A DNA stretch of 64,000 nucleotides. Origin: Fistulifera solaris. Lineage: Eukaryota. The notes below the pieces were generated by a model. It saw only the letters and a program-made list of their open reading frames with translations. It ran no database searches and had not been told where the DNA came from. Position numbers and translations under genes: made by a program. Location of the stretch: positions 744,001 to 808,000 of the forward strand of contig AP026152.1 of NCBI GenBank assembly GCA_030295235.1, read 5' to 3'. This document shows, in pieces, positions 1-12,465 of the stretch; the stretch's first letter is position 1, and every line of letters begins with the position of its first letter.

Positions 1-1296
1 CTCTCGATGCTATCGCCTTCAGCCAGATCTGGTAGATCGTGAATAGAAATACCCCGCTTCTCTCGTTCCTGTCGAACCCATTTTAGTTGATTTTGTTGAA
101 AGGTTTCATAGGCTCGTACAACCATATCGGCTTCCACTTGAATAGCGTGACGTATCGCTTGTACTTGATCTTGAGTCAAATGATGCAAATAGGGTTTAAT
201 GACGGTCTGCAAGGCTTGAACAGCTTCAGTTGGTGCCATGGGGACAGGACAAGCTTCCGACAGGGGGACGCAATTGTTTCGTTAAGCCGGCAGGTAATTT
301 CTTTGGCGGATACACGAAATGGGGACCGAAATTGGCTCGGACCGAACCGCCCAAATACAAAGACACGGCTGGATAATACACTCCGTCATCCAAGTCCGTA
401 AAAGCTTCTCCGCCGATTCGTTTGCCCTTGGTAAGAATGAAGGTACCCATACAAGTTCCATTTTTGAAGAAGCGAATGTGATTGGCGTCTTCTCTTGTGC
501 TGATGTACGCACTACCCTCTTCTTCATCATTATCACTACCACCATTTGCTGTCAAGAACAATGCACATCCAACCAAATCTCCAGGACCGAATCCTTCTCC
601 ACCCCAGTCATCTTGTCGTTGCGATCGATGCAAAATAGATCCACCTTGATCTCGGATACCGTAAGACCATTTGTCGTAGCCGACGGGTGCTTGTAAATCG
701 CCCGTCCGCATACTCCAACCCAACCGGATGTGACCTCCGACCGCACAAAGAGGTTTATTTTCTGGCGTATCGTCTCCTTCCTGCTGTTGCTCTTCAGCAT
801 GTAAAGCCGCTTCTAATTGCTCTCGCAAGCCCGGTCCCAACCGCGCCCACGGAGGCAAACCCGCCGCAATCTCTTTCGCGGACGGCCCCGGCTGCATCAA
901 TACTTCATAATAATACGCACCCCCACTTTCGGCCGCTTGTGACGCCCGCGCCATGCGATATCCCCGTACGACCGTCGGTGTGACGCTACAACGTGCGACA
1001 TCGGGACATTTCAATTGCGGTGCCATATCCGCTTTATTCCAGTGCACCCACGGAGGACGATCGTGCAATGCTTTCGGGACCCAAACCAGCAATTGATCTT
1101 CGGTAGGAATAATTCCTTGTTGTTGTAAACTACTCGCTGTGGCGTGATAATTGTGTTGCGTACAGAATTGAGCAATGGCGGTGAACGCGGCGTGCAACAA
1201 AGGATCCGTATCCATCAAGCCGCGAACGCGTTTGCGATTCGTTGCGGCGTTGAATGACGAAGAAGGGGGAGGCGTTAAAGATCTTTCTGATGACAT
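1..1296 (-). CDS. ASH2: Ash2/Bre2-like SPRY-domain subunit of Set1/COMPASS H3K4 methyltransferase (3' end beyond window)
   Basis: Motifs HIRLGWSMRTGDLQAPVGYDKWSYGIRD, IRFFKNG and YYPAVSLYLGGSVRANFGPHF match the ASH2L SPRY domain. A frameshift at the G-run 264-268 truncates the listed ORF; the corrected frame stays open to position 1. Confidence 0.85.
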
Positions 1297-1908
1297 TGTA
1301 GAAACGAACGAAAGATGTCAATGAGAAAAGGATAATAATGTTTGCAGAAGGAGATAATAATGCGATAATAGCTGCGTCGCAACGATGAAGATCGAGGCCG
1401 TCGTCCGCACGCGATCCGCGACGATGCGGCGAGCGGCGAGAATGTCTTTTGAAGCCAGTCCGACGCGACCAAGAAAGCTGGGGACGGATGATCCGCACTG
1501 ATTTTGCAGTAATTACAAAGAATTAAAGGACAAAAAGCAAATACAACTAAAGACAATTAAATTTTGCTTTGGGCAATCAAAACAAATGAAAGGTGTACAG
1601 TACCAGTAGAGCGCAATGAAGCTGATGTGCATGCACTTTCAAAATTTGAATCATGACTGAATGCAGTCGTGGTTAAATGAACCGACACTATGCGTCTATA
1701 GCAATGTTAGGTGCACGATCCGGCGCCGCTTTCTGCCCCAAACTAGTCTATGATAAGCCGCGGAAGTTCAATGATTAGACTCTAGTCTAGTTTCCATACA
1801 AGGTCAAAGAGATACGAATAACCTCTGCGATAATTATTCAGTAACAATCGAAAACTTACAAAAAATGTGTCTCGTCAAAGTTTGGAGCTCTAGGCGTTTA
1901 CCCGTAGT

Positions 1909-4900
1909 TTAGTAGTCATTGGAGTCGTAGCCGGAGTAACCGCTGAATTCCGCAAAGTTGTTGCCATCATCGTCATTGTCTTCTTCGTCATCATTGTTCG
2001 GCTGCAACGTTGTTACGAGGGAGAGCGTCACGAAAATCCTTCCGTCTTGACTTTGATCGACGGCATGGATGCAGCAGGAGGGCGGTGCGCTGTACAAATC
2101 TTCGGCATCAGAATCGAACAAATCAATCACTTCACCCTTCTTCTTAGCCTCTTCAAGTCGACGATCGAGGACTTGACCAAGGTTTCAACGGCCATGAGAT
2201 CCAAGTCCATTTCTTCTCGTTCAATTCCTAACAAGGCACTCGCGCCAGCTTGAATCTCGCACAAGCGATTCAAATCAGGTAACAGAGCATCAGCGGCATT
2301 CACGAATCTTCTTCAACATGGCAGGATCAATCAGTTTAGCAGAAGCACCTGATTGATCGTCCCAACACATGGAAAACACATTCTCCATTGTTTTGTGGAT
2401 CACTTGCGAGGCAGAAACAATCATGGCGTGCAAACGATGAATAACGGACTGTATCCCGGCTAGTAGATTGCGTGTCGCATCACTGAACATGCGATTCACC
2501 ACTTTTTGAGCCCCAGTTGCCATAGCGTCTTTCATTCGCATGTATTTTCCAGTACCACCTTGGACACTCAGAACAGCCTGATAAGAGGATTCCATTTGAC
2601 TTTGGACGGCAGGAAGCAAAGTGCGACTAAGTTCACGCTGTCGTCCACGGCGACTGCTCCCATTTGCTCAAACAGTGATTTCAAGGCTGAAACGGCAGAA
2701 CGATTGGCGGTGTTTACCATAGTATTCAATCGATTCGCATCCAAACCGTTAGTGCGAAAGCTACTGGCCAATGACTGACTCACTTCCGCACACAGTTGCA
2801 AAACGCTTCTTTCAATCTCACTTAATAAACGTCGGATAGTCGAATCAAGAACTGCTTGCCAGTCCATCGAGAATTCTTTCTCCATGGGATCGCACAACTC
2901 CTGGTTGAAATCTACAGCACCGGCACTTCCGGATGTAAAGACCCCACTGTCGCGTACCACTGCACCATAAGTAGCGTGAGTGAAGACCTATTGTTATATG
3001 GAAATGCGCGTGAGTACGTTTGCACGTTATTTTGAAGAACAAACGCCAATCAGAACGTACCATTCTTGTCAGGACGACGCTCCTGGGCCGTTCGGCGGTT
3101 ACTTGAGCCCCACGAATGCACGGTATTCATTGCTTCCGCCGTTCCTTTCTGTGCCCCAATGTGTAAAGACTTTGTCAGTGTTTGACTAATCTTTTCCTCC
3201 AACACTTTTTTGAAATTGCGAGCGATTGCTGCAATTTTGGGGTCCATCTTTTTCATTTCGCTTTCGAAAGTTGACTTCATTCTTTGTGCACTTCGACCAC
3301 TTGAGTTTTCTGTACCATCGGTGGTGAGCAGCTTCATTCGGTCCAACAAATCATTTGTATTCTCGACAAATGTTTTGGAGTGCGATTTGCTGAGGAATGG
3401 AACAAGCGATAGATTGGAACCACACATAGAGACTTACCAGAATCGAGAAGTGATATCGTGGACAAACGCTTCGAAGCTGGGGGATTTGAGTATCTGCCGG
3501 ATTGAAGAAAGTGTTCGGCGGGCCATCACGTGAAGGTTTTATCTTCATCAGCTTCAAATAGTCATTTGCAGAAATGCAAAAGACATCCATATTAAAATCG
3601 TCCTGCAAGGCAATGTTGTCATTGCTGTCATCATTTCCACTGTCCGCGTCATCGTCTTTTGCGATACAATTCTTTCAGTCCAGACCGGAAGTCGTCCTGG
3701 AGGCAAGACCTGCTGTATTTGTTACGCATTACAGCTGCGACAACGTTTTCAGCTCCTTTTGCATTCTGCTGCACTTCTCTTGATCAGACTGGATGGATTT
3801 TAGGTTCTCTTTCCTGAAGTCTGTGAGCTTGCTCTGCTTCCTTCAGTGCTGCTTTGTTTGTGGCGACCACGTTTCGCAGATTCTGCAATAAGCCTTCGTC
3901 GATTTCAATATCGGAGTTGTCATCATTATCCTTCAAGACCTCGTCTAGGTCAGCTTTCGCCTCATCATACTGCTGACGAGCTTCCTGAACTTGAAAATCC
4001 AGATCTTCTTCTTCCAGAAGTCTATCATTAAGCTCTTTTTCCAATTCGATCAAAGAGCTTGAAAGCTTAGACATTCTCTCCCACCTTCCTGGAACTCGCT
4101 GAGCAACATCCTCGTGGTCTCGCATTGTTTCCGTTGTGAAGAAGACGTTCCCATACTGACCGTCCATCAAAAGACGTCTTTTGAACTGTTCTCCTAAAAG
4201 CTCTGGCGCCACAATGGCAATCTGATTACAGTTTTGCAAGTATCGTTCAGCCACTTTAGCACGAAGCGGCATTACTGTCTCAAAAACCCGGCAAATCTAC
4301 CAAGGCCGCTCCAGTGGATAGTACTGACCAAGGACCACGAAGTTCGACTTTTCGGATCAACGGCCAAGTCTGTGGTTCGTCACCATTCCCCATTCGGGTA
4401 GACGTAGAGTTGATTTCCTTGCAAAAGTCTTGCGCCCCATTGCTTCTTGTTGCGCTTTGTACAGCTTTCATCTTATCAAATGGCTTCAAGAGCTCTCGAG
4501 CTTCTTCCGAGCCAGGAGTCACTTCACCGATACTGACATTGACAGAGTTGTATTCTTTTCCGGGCGTTTTCGCTGTGAGCAATGTTTGGACGCGAGCATT
4601 ATTAGCCAGTTGGGCAAAGGCCACTTGGGTAGGAAGCTTGTGAAATCGTCTCATAAATCCTTTTCCGTACACTTGCTCAATTTTCTGCCACGCTGCAGCC
4701 GCTGACGGAGCCTTGTCTTCTTGAGGGACCAGAGCATAAACCGTCTTTTCCACTGTCGAGCACTCATCCACCAATATCTTGAGTTCCTTAAGCCAATCGT
4801 CTAACGTGATAAACTGTACTTCTCCCTGGTAGACCGGAACCTTTTGTTCAAGGTTCGCACTTTCCTTTACTAGTTCGGGAGTGAAAGACAAGTTTGACTA

Positions 4901-5951
4901 CAGCGGCTATACAACCACGCTGACCCCCGAAGTCGGTAAAACCGCTGCTTCTTCCAAAAGAGCATTCAACAGAGACGATTTACCGCTGCATACGAAAGTT
5001 TAAAAACGCATGAGAAAAACGATAATGATTCGAATGAGAATTGAAAAACAAACGACATCACACAACTTACACCCCGGTGTTTCCCAAAACACCAAAGACC
5101 GTTTGCGGAGTACTCTTCTTTTTTAAATTTTGAATTTTGTGGAGCCACTCTTGTCTCCGAGTGTCAGAACAAAAGAGAGGATTGTCTTGTAGCAGCGCCT
5201 TGAGCCTTTCTAGTACGTGATTACTCTTTTCCTTCGCTTCGTTGGACTCCTTGTACGGATTATCAGCTTCAAACATTTGAATGTCGTCATGAGAGCTGTC
5301 ATTTTTGGCGTCTTCCTCAAGATCGTCGCTGGTCTTTTTGATGCTCGTTTCTGACAAGACATTCGAGTCATGGCCTTTGGAGGACTCGGTTTCCGTGTGT
5401 TCCTGCTCTTCAACACTATCCACACTCACACGATGCTCAATTCTCTCCCCGGAATCATCGTCTGCTTGCGGCATGTAGTTATCGTCGTCATTTGGCGTCA
5501 GTTTGATCAGCATTGTCGTTAGCTAACCTGGAATCCAAACTGACTGGTGAAGGTTTCTCCAATGGTTGTTTTGCCGGGGGTGCCTTTTGCGGTCCAATTG
5601 ACTCCTCATTCACTTCCTTCGGTGTAACATAGCTGGAGGTTTAAGCGCGTTTGTTGCTTTCGGGCTCTTCTTCTAACGAAGATTGCTCCGCAGGTTGTTT
5701 GATACTTTTCGTCACCAATTCGATCTTCGCATTCTTTGCTAACAAATCAAAAACCACCTTTCGTCCTTCTTGTTTCGGGAAGAAATGCGTATCCCGTTCA
5801 CCTTGAAGGAGAAGTCTTTCGCCGGAAGCTGTTCTTCGTCCAGCTCTTCTAAAATCAAAGCACGAACTTGCAGCAATGTGTCATTTTCATGCACATCGAC
5901 ATAGCTGTCTTCACCCAAGGACGTCACAATCAGTTCTTTCGTGGCCGCCAT
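1909..5951 (-). pseudogene. Dynamin-superfamily NUGGC/SLIP-GC-like GTPase, multi-exon and disrupted (pseudogene or poor consensus)
   Basis: G1 VLGNTGV|GKSSLLNALL is split by an intron (about 4986-5069). G3 is LVDLPG, followed by VFCISANDYLKL and a long helical C-terminus. There are multiple frameshifts and apparent loss of motifs. Confidence 0.7.
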
Positions 5952-6663
5952 TTCTTCTTTCTCTCACAATCCAGATACAAGCGCAGCACAGAGAGATAAA
6001 TTGAAAGGTCCGAGAAAAGGAGAACGATTGCTTTTGGCATTTAAAGGGTGATAAAAAAATAATGAAAAATCATGCATTGCGAAATCCACCTTGCTGCCTA
6101 CTGTATTATTTCCCTCCATGTTACGCCGGGAACAGCTGTCTTGACATGCCGGCGCGCTAGGAGTGCACGACAATAAGTTCAACGGAGACACCAGAGCCAG
6201 CCTGGCTTGTGATTCCGAGCGCCGGACACTACACAAACAAGGATACTTAGTATTTGAAAATAGACCCTTCACCTTAATGCGGTTAATTTTGCCGAGCTTG
6301 ACTGCTACATTGGCTTCGTTCGTTCTGAGAAATTGGTAAGCTACATTAATTAGACATGATGAAAATAAATTAGCGAATTTTGCAACGCACGCCTTGTTTG
6401 ATTATCTCTTTAACTTTTTACAGCCTTGATTTCCGATATACTATAGACCTAAAGTGTTGTCCGTTTTCGCCATGATTGCATTTCAGTCATGAGTTTTCCA
6501 CGTCCGGGTCTCTGACTCATTGAGGCGTGCGATGAAGATGCTAGGCTCACTTTATTTTTCGCTTTCTTCGACAAGAAAAACGTTTATAATCATCTTGAAG
6601 GATACAAGTAATTGCTTGTTTTATCTTGCCATCAATCGACCTTGAAAAACATTCACGTTCATA

Positions 6664-8040
6664 ATGAGGATCCTGTTGTTTGTCTATATCTCTTTTGTTA
6701 CAAGAGCTGGCGCCTTTGCGTTGCGATCGATTGGGTTGATCTCCTCTTGGGTCCGCAGAGACTCATCGGCAGTTCTTTCAGAATCCAGAAACAATTACAA
6801 CAACAACGCATTTGACATGTCAAAGCCCGTTTTCGATTTGTTTTCGCTACGTACAATTCGCGGAGACGCTCTCTTGCGATACAATACACTCAATCAAAGT
6901 GAACCCCTACGCATCAACCTACACGCTTTGTTGGCTGTTACCCTCTTTTCTGCTCCAGTGATCAGTGAAAGCGTCGGTGGAGAAGCTATCAATACAGTAC
7001 AAACCATTGCAGCAACATGTAGCGGCATAATAAGTACAGGACTATTCGTACGAGAATGTCAAAGGCGCTCGAATCAACTAAATCGCATTGAAAAAGAATT
7101 AAGTGCCGAGAATCTGCAAATACGAGTGGCGGCCAATGTGTGGTCGGATCGACCGTATGAAAAACCGCAAACGCTTCGAGTATTGCGGCAATCGTCGAGT
7201 CCACCACGGATTTTGGCTTTGTCAGGGACGGCATCAGAATTGATGACTGCAGTAACCGAGCTTCGTATCTTGGGTCGACGTCTGCAACAGAGTTCAACCT
7301 ATGTCGTTCTCGTCCCGCAAGATGCTCCTCTGCATCTGTCATTTCAAGCGAGCTGGTTAGGGGAAGCCTATAATGTAGACGAGTGGAAGGCATACTTCAA
7401 CGATTTGTCACCGACGAACGAATTTCGATGGTTTGGATTGAATTTCAATGGTAGGTCATTTGGTTCTGGTTCGGGTGCATTTCCTCAATGGCTAGAATTG
7501 TTGGGTCAATATCTTCGACCGACGGACTTGTTGGATCAAGACATGGGTTCGGAGAATAAGGATGATGTAGAATGTGCATCGGTGCTTCGAGCGCAGACGG
7601 CGTTCTATTCGGCATTGACCAGTGGTGACTTAGACGCCATGAAAGCTGTCTATATTCCCGAGGTTTCTGATGAAGTTACTGAGGTAATTAACGCTGGGGG
7701 CCGTATCGATTCTTGGAAAGACTGTCTTTTGGAGGGGGCTCGACCCGAAGGCATGCGAGTAGCAAATAGCGATGCTTGTATTATTTCCGAAACGGAAGCC
7801 TACAGTACCATCATTGAATTCCCTATCAACACCGGTATCGATACAGCTACTCTCTTGGCCGTGCAAAAGTGGGTTCGATCATCGAAAGACGGCGAGTGGA
7901 AGCTACAGCTGCATCAAACAATTCCATGGAGTCGTGATAGCAGAGCACAAGGGACACTACGATGTGACTGTCGCGGTTGTGTTGCCTTGACACGTTCCTC
8001 TGCCGCCGAACAAAGCACATTTGGAGGATTGATTGGTTAA
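6664..8040 (+). CDS. Plastid-targeted LPA1/DUF3493-like membrane protein with C-terminal SnoaL/NTF2-like domain
   Basis: Intact 458-aa ORF. It has a signal peptide ending AGA-FAL (diatom ASAFAP-like), SEPLRINL followed by two hydrophobic helices and LNRIEKE, and a C-terminal AQTAFYSALTSGDLDAMKAV...WKLQLHQ SnoaL signature. Confidence 0.65.
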   Translation: MRILLFVYISFVTRAGAFALRSIGLISSWVRRDSSAVLSESRNNYNNNAFDMSKPVFDLFSLRTIRGDALLRYNTLNQSEPLRINLHALLAVTLFSAPVISESVGGEAINTVQTIAATCSGIISTGLFVRECQRRSNQLNRIEKELSAENLQIRVAANVWSDRPYEKPQTLRVLRQSSSPPRILALSGTASELMTAVTELRILGRRLQQSSTYVVLVPQDAPLHLSFQASWLGEAYNVDEWKAYFNDLSPTNEFRWFGLNFNGRSFGSGSGAFPQWLELLGQYLRPTDLLDQDMGSENKDDVECASVLRAQTAFYSALTSGDLDAMKAVYIPEVSDEVTEVINAGGRIDSWKDCLLEGARPEGMRVANSDACIISETEAYSTIIEFPINTGIDTATLLAVQKWVRSSKDGEWKLQLHQTIPWSRDSRAQGTLRCDCRGCVALTRSSAAEQSTFGGLIG

Positions 8041-8160
8041 TACGATGAAGTAAATAGCTCAATATGGAGTTAGCCTCGTATCAATCACCACGCTATCATC
8101 CTGACCTCAAGGCCCTTTCAGAAGATTAAACACATTTTTATAGGGAAAGGATCTTACTTC

Positions 8161-8856
8161 CTACACGACGTTTTCTTGTTGTGATTCCTCCAAACCAGCT
8201 GTCGATGGCTTGTACAACGTGTCGGCATTGGGAACACAGCAACTCAAGAAGACATGCCCGCAACCTGCTCCCAACCATGCCAATCCGGTAGCCCAATCCA
8301 ACCCTTTCACTGCAGTGGTTTCATCCTTCCACATACCAATGCACAAGAATGCGATAAAAATCAAATAGAATCCCTTTCCCTTCAAACCGTACATGAACCC
8401 AAAATTCTTTCGGAATGTCTTGTTAATGCTGGGAACCGGCTGCCACCAAGCAAACTCATACATCGCCAAGAGTACCGCAAAAACGACCATGTAAATCGCC
8501 AGGAAAGCTTCCGTCACGTCATTGAGCTCCTTAAAGTCCATCTCAATTAACGAAAGTAAACCCAAAGCAGCCATCATGGCGGCGAGACCTAAATCAAGTA
8601 ATGATAAAGCGGCGATCCAGCATTTTGTCTTTTCTCTAAAAAGTAGAGCCGAACGTGAGACATCATTTCCTAATCAAACGAAAGTCACACTCAAAAGCTA
8701 GCAAAGACAAGCAGAGACTCACCGTTCGGGCCGTCCTCCGCTGGATACGCCGGTAGCGTTGTTGTTGTTGCTGCTGCCCGTATCGACAGTGACCATGTTA
8801 TTACTGGCCGATGTGTTTCCGGGACTCGCCCAATCAGGTTCTCCGTACGGTGGCAT
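8161..8856 (-). CDS. COPI-associated/TVP15-like Golgi membrane protein (2 exons)
   Basis: Exon 1 MPPYGEPDWASPG... starts at 8856. A GT-AG intron at 8722-8636 joins it in frame to a 4-TM region containing FRKNFGFMYGLKGKGFYLIFIA. Confidence 0.75.
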
Positions 8857-9276
8857 GATTCGTTAGACTGATTAAAGTAATAAAGCCGATTAAAGTAGTA
8901 AACAACACAACGATTCAAGCTGCGGGTGCTCTCAACGATTGATGAGTCTTTGTTTTTTGCGTCCTCTTGCTTTCGTCATGGCCGCAAGAACCGTTCGCGT
9001 GCGGTTCGTGGACGACAAGCGGTACTCGGATGGAAACTAATATAGCCAGGAGTGTATCATACGATTTTTGACCCTATAGTAAGTTCTCAACGGAATTCCG
9101 TTGAGAGTACTTTATTTCTAATCATATGCTCGACGGGCGCGAATAACACGTTCGCTTCGCCGGCCGAGCGTCACCCTTGCTTTTCATTCATCATCTTCTC
9201 ATTACATCAAAGTGTTGCAAGAAACGATAGACAAGTGTAATCAAAACACAACATTACAAGCCACAAAACACTCATC

Positions 9277-10103
9277 ATGACCTCTGTGTTGCATTCGTTC
9301 TCGCCCAAGTTTGACGGCAGTCAGCGCGATCATGTCGAAGCACTCATTCATGACTTTCGTCGCGAACAAGAACAGCAAATGAAGAGCATTCAAATGGAAG
9401 CGGACAAGCAGAAACAGCGACAGAAACAATTGCACGCTACAGAAATGGTTCGTATTCCTAAAACAGTCAAGCAAATGTCGGTCGATGAGTTCAATTTGTT
9501 GTATCAGTGCGATTTGTTGCAAATGATTCGTGAGACGGAAGGAGTGGCGACGACGACCAACAGCGTTCTGCCGGCGGGTTTGCAGACACCGTCCTTCAAA
9601 TCCAAAAAGAAGCTCGAGACGCCCTCTCGAACGATTCGACGTGGTGAAGGTATCTAGTAAGTCGAAATGATGGGAAAAATCTTGCTTAAAATCAACATTC
9701 GCCTCACACTATCCTTCGACGCTATTTCAGTTCCTCAAACGGTTCACCTTTAGAAAAAGAAGAGGATAAGCAAGATGTTCTACTTACAGTGACCAAAAAG
9801 AAACGACGTGATGCCGCCACTGGGGAAGACGAGGACGATTTGAATCTCGTGGTGGGTGGAGTCCCCACGAGCCTGACAACGGAAAACATTCAGCTCATGC
9901 CGCACAACGTCCAAAACGAAGCGTACACGAACTTGAAGAAAATGTAAGTTTATTTGCCTTGTATGACTGCATAAGCGAAAAGATAAACCTATCGTTGATT
10001 TCTAATCCGCATTTTCGCTCACCCGCTCCATCGTTCGCTCCCATACCCCAGGCACGAAAACATTGGGAAGTTGTTGCAGCAATTCGAACAAAAGACTGCT
10101 TAG
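9277..10103 (+). CDS. Borealin/Nbl1 N-terminal-like protein (chromosomal passenger complex), 3 exons
   Basis: N-terminal coiled coil followed by MVRIPKTVKQMSVDEF, which resembles Borealin_N. GT-AG introns at about 9657-9730 and 9944-10051. Ends ...QFEQKTA*. Confidence 0.55.
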
Positions 10104-10528
10104 ACATCCCTTGCGTCCATCTTGATGAAGTCTCCTCTACGTAATATTTCGATTTAGCCTAAACCACTACTTTTAGCTGTTCATTAAGACCTGACATATC
10201 CTCGTTCGTTTTTGATATCTAGTTCCGGTTTGTTGTAATAAGCAAACATAGCCGTCTCGCAACTAGACACCGCGTCCGCGACGACCGATGCTTGCACACG
10301 AAGTAATCGTTAGTCGCATACTATTGGGTTTGAAATTAAAGAGACAGGTCATCGAGGCGATAAGGACAGATAGTTTGATGCGCAAAAGAATTGCATGCAC
10401 TGAACTTTCGCAACGTTTCCAAACATTAGCTCACATACTCGCGCGGCATGAGAATCTAAAAAAGCAGCCAGACTATATCTGTAATGATCCCAGAAGACTA
10501 CAAGAGGTTGTTCGTGTTAGCTACACTT

Positions 10529-11143
10529 TCATTTTCGCTGCATGCGTTCCCGTTCACGATCTTTCTTTTCCAATTCGAATTTCCGATGATCGACTCTCTC
10601 TAAAAAGTCCTGTCGCTTTAGGAAAGCTGCTTTCGATTCTGCTTGCTCTTCCAGTTTGTCTCCTAGACCCGTTTGTTCCTTAAACTGCCCCCAATCGGCG
10701 TGCGTCTTGGCGACCGTGGTTGTTGTTTGTGGGCCTGATAATTCCTGCAGTAAATTCTGCACTCCGCCTTTTCTCGGTGCAGTTGCCGCTTGAGATTTGG
10801 AAGACGCCGTCGGAGCAGGTTGCGATACAGCGGAAGAGGCAGAGGGTTTCGGTGTTTTGTAATATTGAGGTTTGCGAACCACTTTTATTTCTTTCTTTTG
10901 CAATGTGGGATTTTTCAACAATATTTGTGCGGCTGTTTGTGCACCAAAAATCTCGCACAATAGATTCTCTTGTCGTGATAATAATACCTCTGATTCATTT
11001 GTTTCTCCGTGATGAAATGCGAAATGGGTGCCCCAAGGATATCCAAATAATTTCTCGAAAACTCGATTGACGGCTTCTTCTTGCATGCCGCTTAAAGCCA
11101 AGTGGTCACCAGCGTTGCTCTTTGGCTCTTCTTCGTGCATCAT
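10529..11143 (-). CDS. BCNT/CFDP1/Swc5-like protein (SWR1 complex)
   Basis: C-terminal BCNT domain TTVAKTHADWGQFKEQTGL...FLKRQDFLERVDHRKFELEK. Confidence 0.8.
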   Translation of the reverse strand: MMHEEEPKSNAGDHLALSGMQEEAVNRVFEKLFGYPWGTHFAFHHGETNESEVLLSRQENLLCEIFGAQTAAQILLKNPTLQKKEIKVVRKPQYYKTPKPSASSAVSQPAPTASSKSQAATAPRKGGVQNLLQELSGPQTTTTVAKTHADWGQFKEQTGLGDKLEEQAESKAAFLKRQDFLERVDHRKFELEKKDRERERMQRK

Positions 11144-12465
11144 TTCTCGCACCACCGCTTAACTAGCCAAAGTATCATAGATCAACAAGAACAATAGAAA
11201 GAGGAACACGAGCAGTCGTCGTCGTCGATGAAAGTATGTCCATTCAATAACCCATTGGTGGTACGACATCTCCTGTCATTCACCGTTCACCGTGCTCGTC
11301 CTTCGTCGATCTACATTAAGCATCGGTCTGTTCGACCAATAAAGGAACTAAGTAGATGAAAATGATATCAAAGTCACTTCGAGCGAAGTAGCAAGAGGTC
11401 TTTCATCGCGGATGCAAGAAGAGTTCTAGAATCCGTTGCAAAGAAGGAAAAGAAATATTGACTCGTGACACAATCCAGTCGTGAAGAAGGTGGTCTACAC
11501 TTTGGGGTTATAGTAGGTTAAAATGTGAAATGATCTTGAAGCGGGTTTCCGACGCACCAAATGCAATTATGTATCTCAAAATATGCAGATCGCTAGAACA
11601 ATGCCTTCAACGTCATTACGTTTTCTATTTCCTTTCATGGAGCTAAGTGTTGTCAATGCAATACTTTTCAGTGTTTTGATCATGACTCAAATCCAGTATT
11701 GGCAAGGTAGAACGAACATTTAGTCCATAGTAAAAATGGAAATATCATTCTGAAAAGCATTTCGACGCCCAAAAACATTGCGATGGAGCATAGTAACTGA
11801 AACTATTAGCTGAAGCCATTATCATTCTATTGTATATACATATATTTAATTATAAAGCTATGTTTAAACATTTTCGGTGAACATCGTTTCAATCCTTGTC
11901 GTGGCGTGGTGGCGTAAACCAACACTTTGGGCTATACTATTTTGGGAAGTACACTTTGGGCGATAGACGTGTGCTATATTTGATGTCGATGAAACGCAAC
12001 ATTTTGATAGAAAAGCGCGGCACCAGGTAACTGCTGTGATTCGAATGAGTGTTTTGAATTTATGATTCAACAAAGAAATAATCCTGATTGTCCGGGTAAG
12101 GCGACGAAGATACAGCGCATATTATTATCCCGAAAATGGATTCATACGAGCGCTTTCATCGTTAAACAAGAGCAACGGAGCTATTCTTGTTTTGATGTCT
12201 CCCTGCCTTGATCTCCTCGAATTTACGCACGGTCTAGAGAACGAAAAGGACACTTTTTCTTCATGTTTTACTCGAAACAGAAACGGCGTAAAACTTGCGA
12301 TGAAAAGCCTACGACTTATAACCACAATTTAGTCATGACGGAACTATTACCGTTCGAAACTGGATCTCTACATTCAAAAAAAGCGTTCATCAAATAATAG
12401 CATGGATAGACACTAATGTACATTATTAAAAACTAACTTCAAAGTCCTTTGCAAAGAATGCAAAC

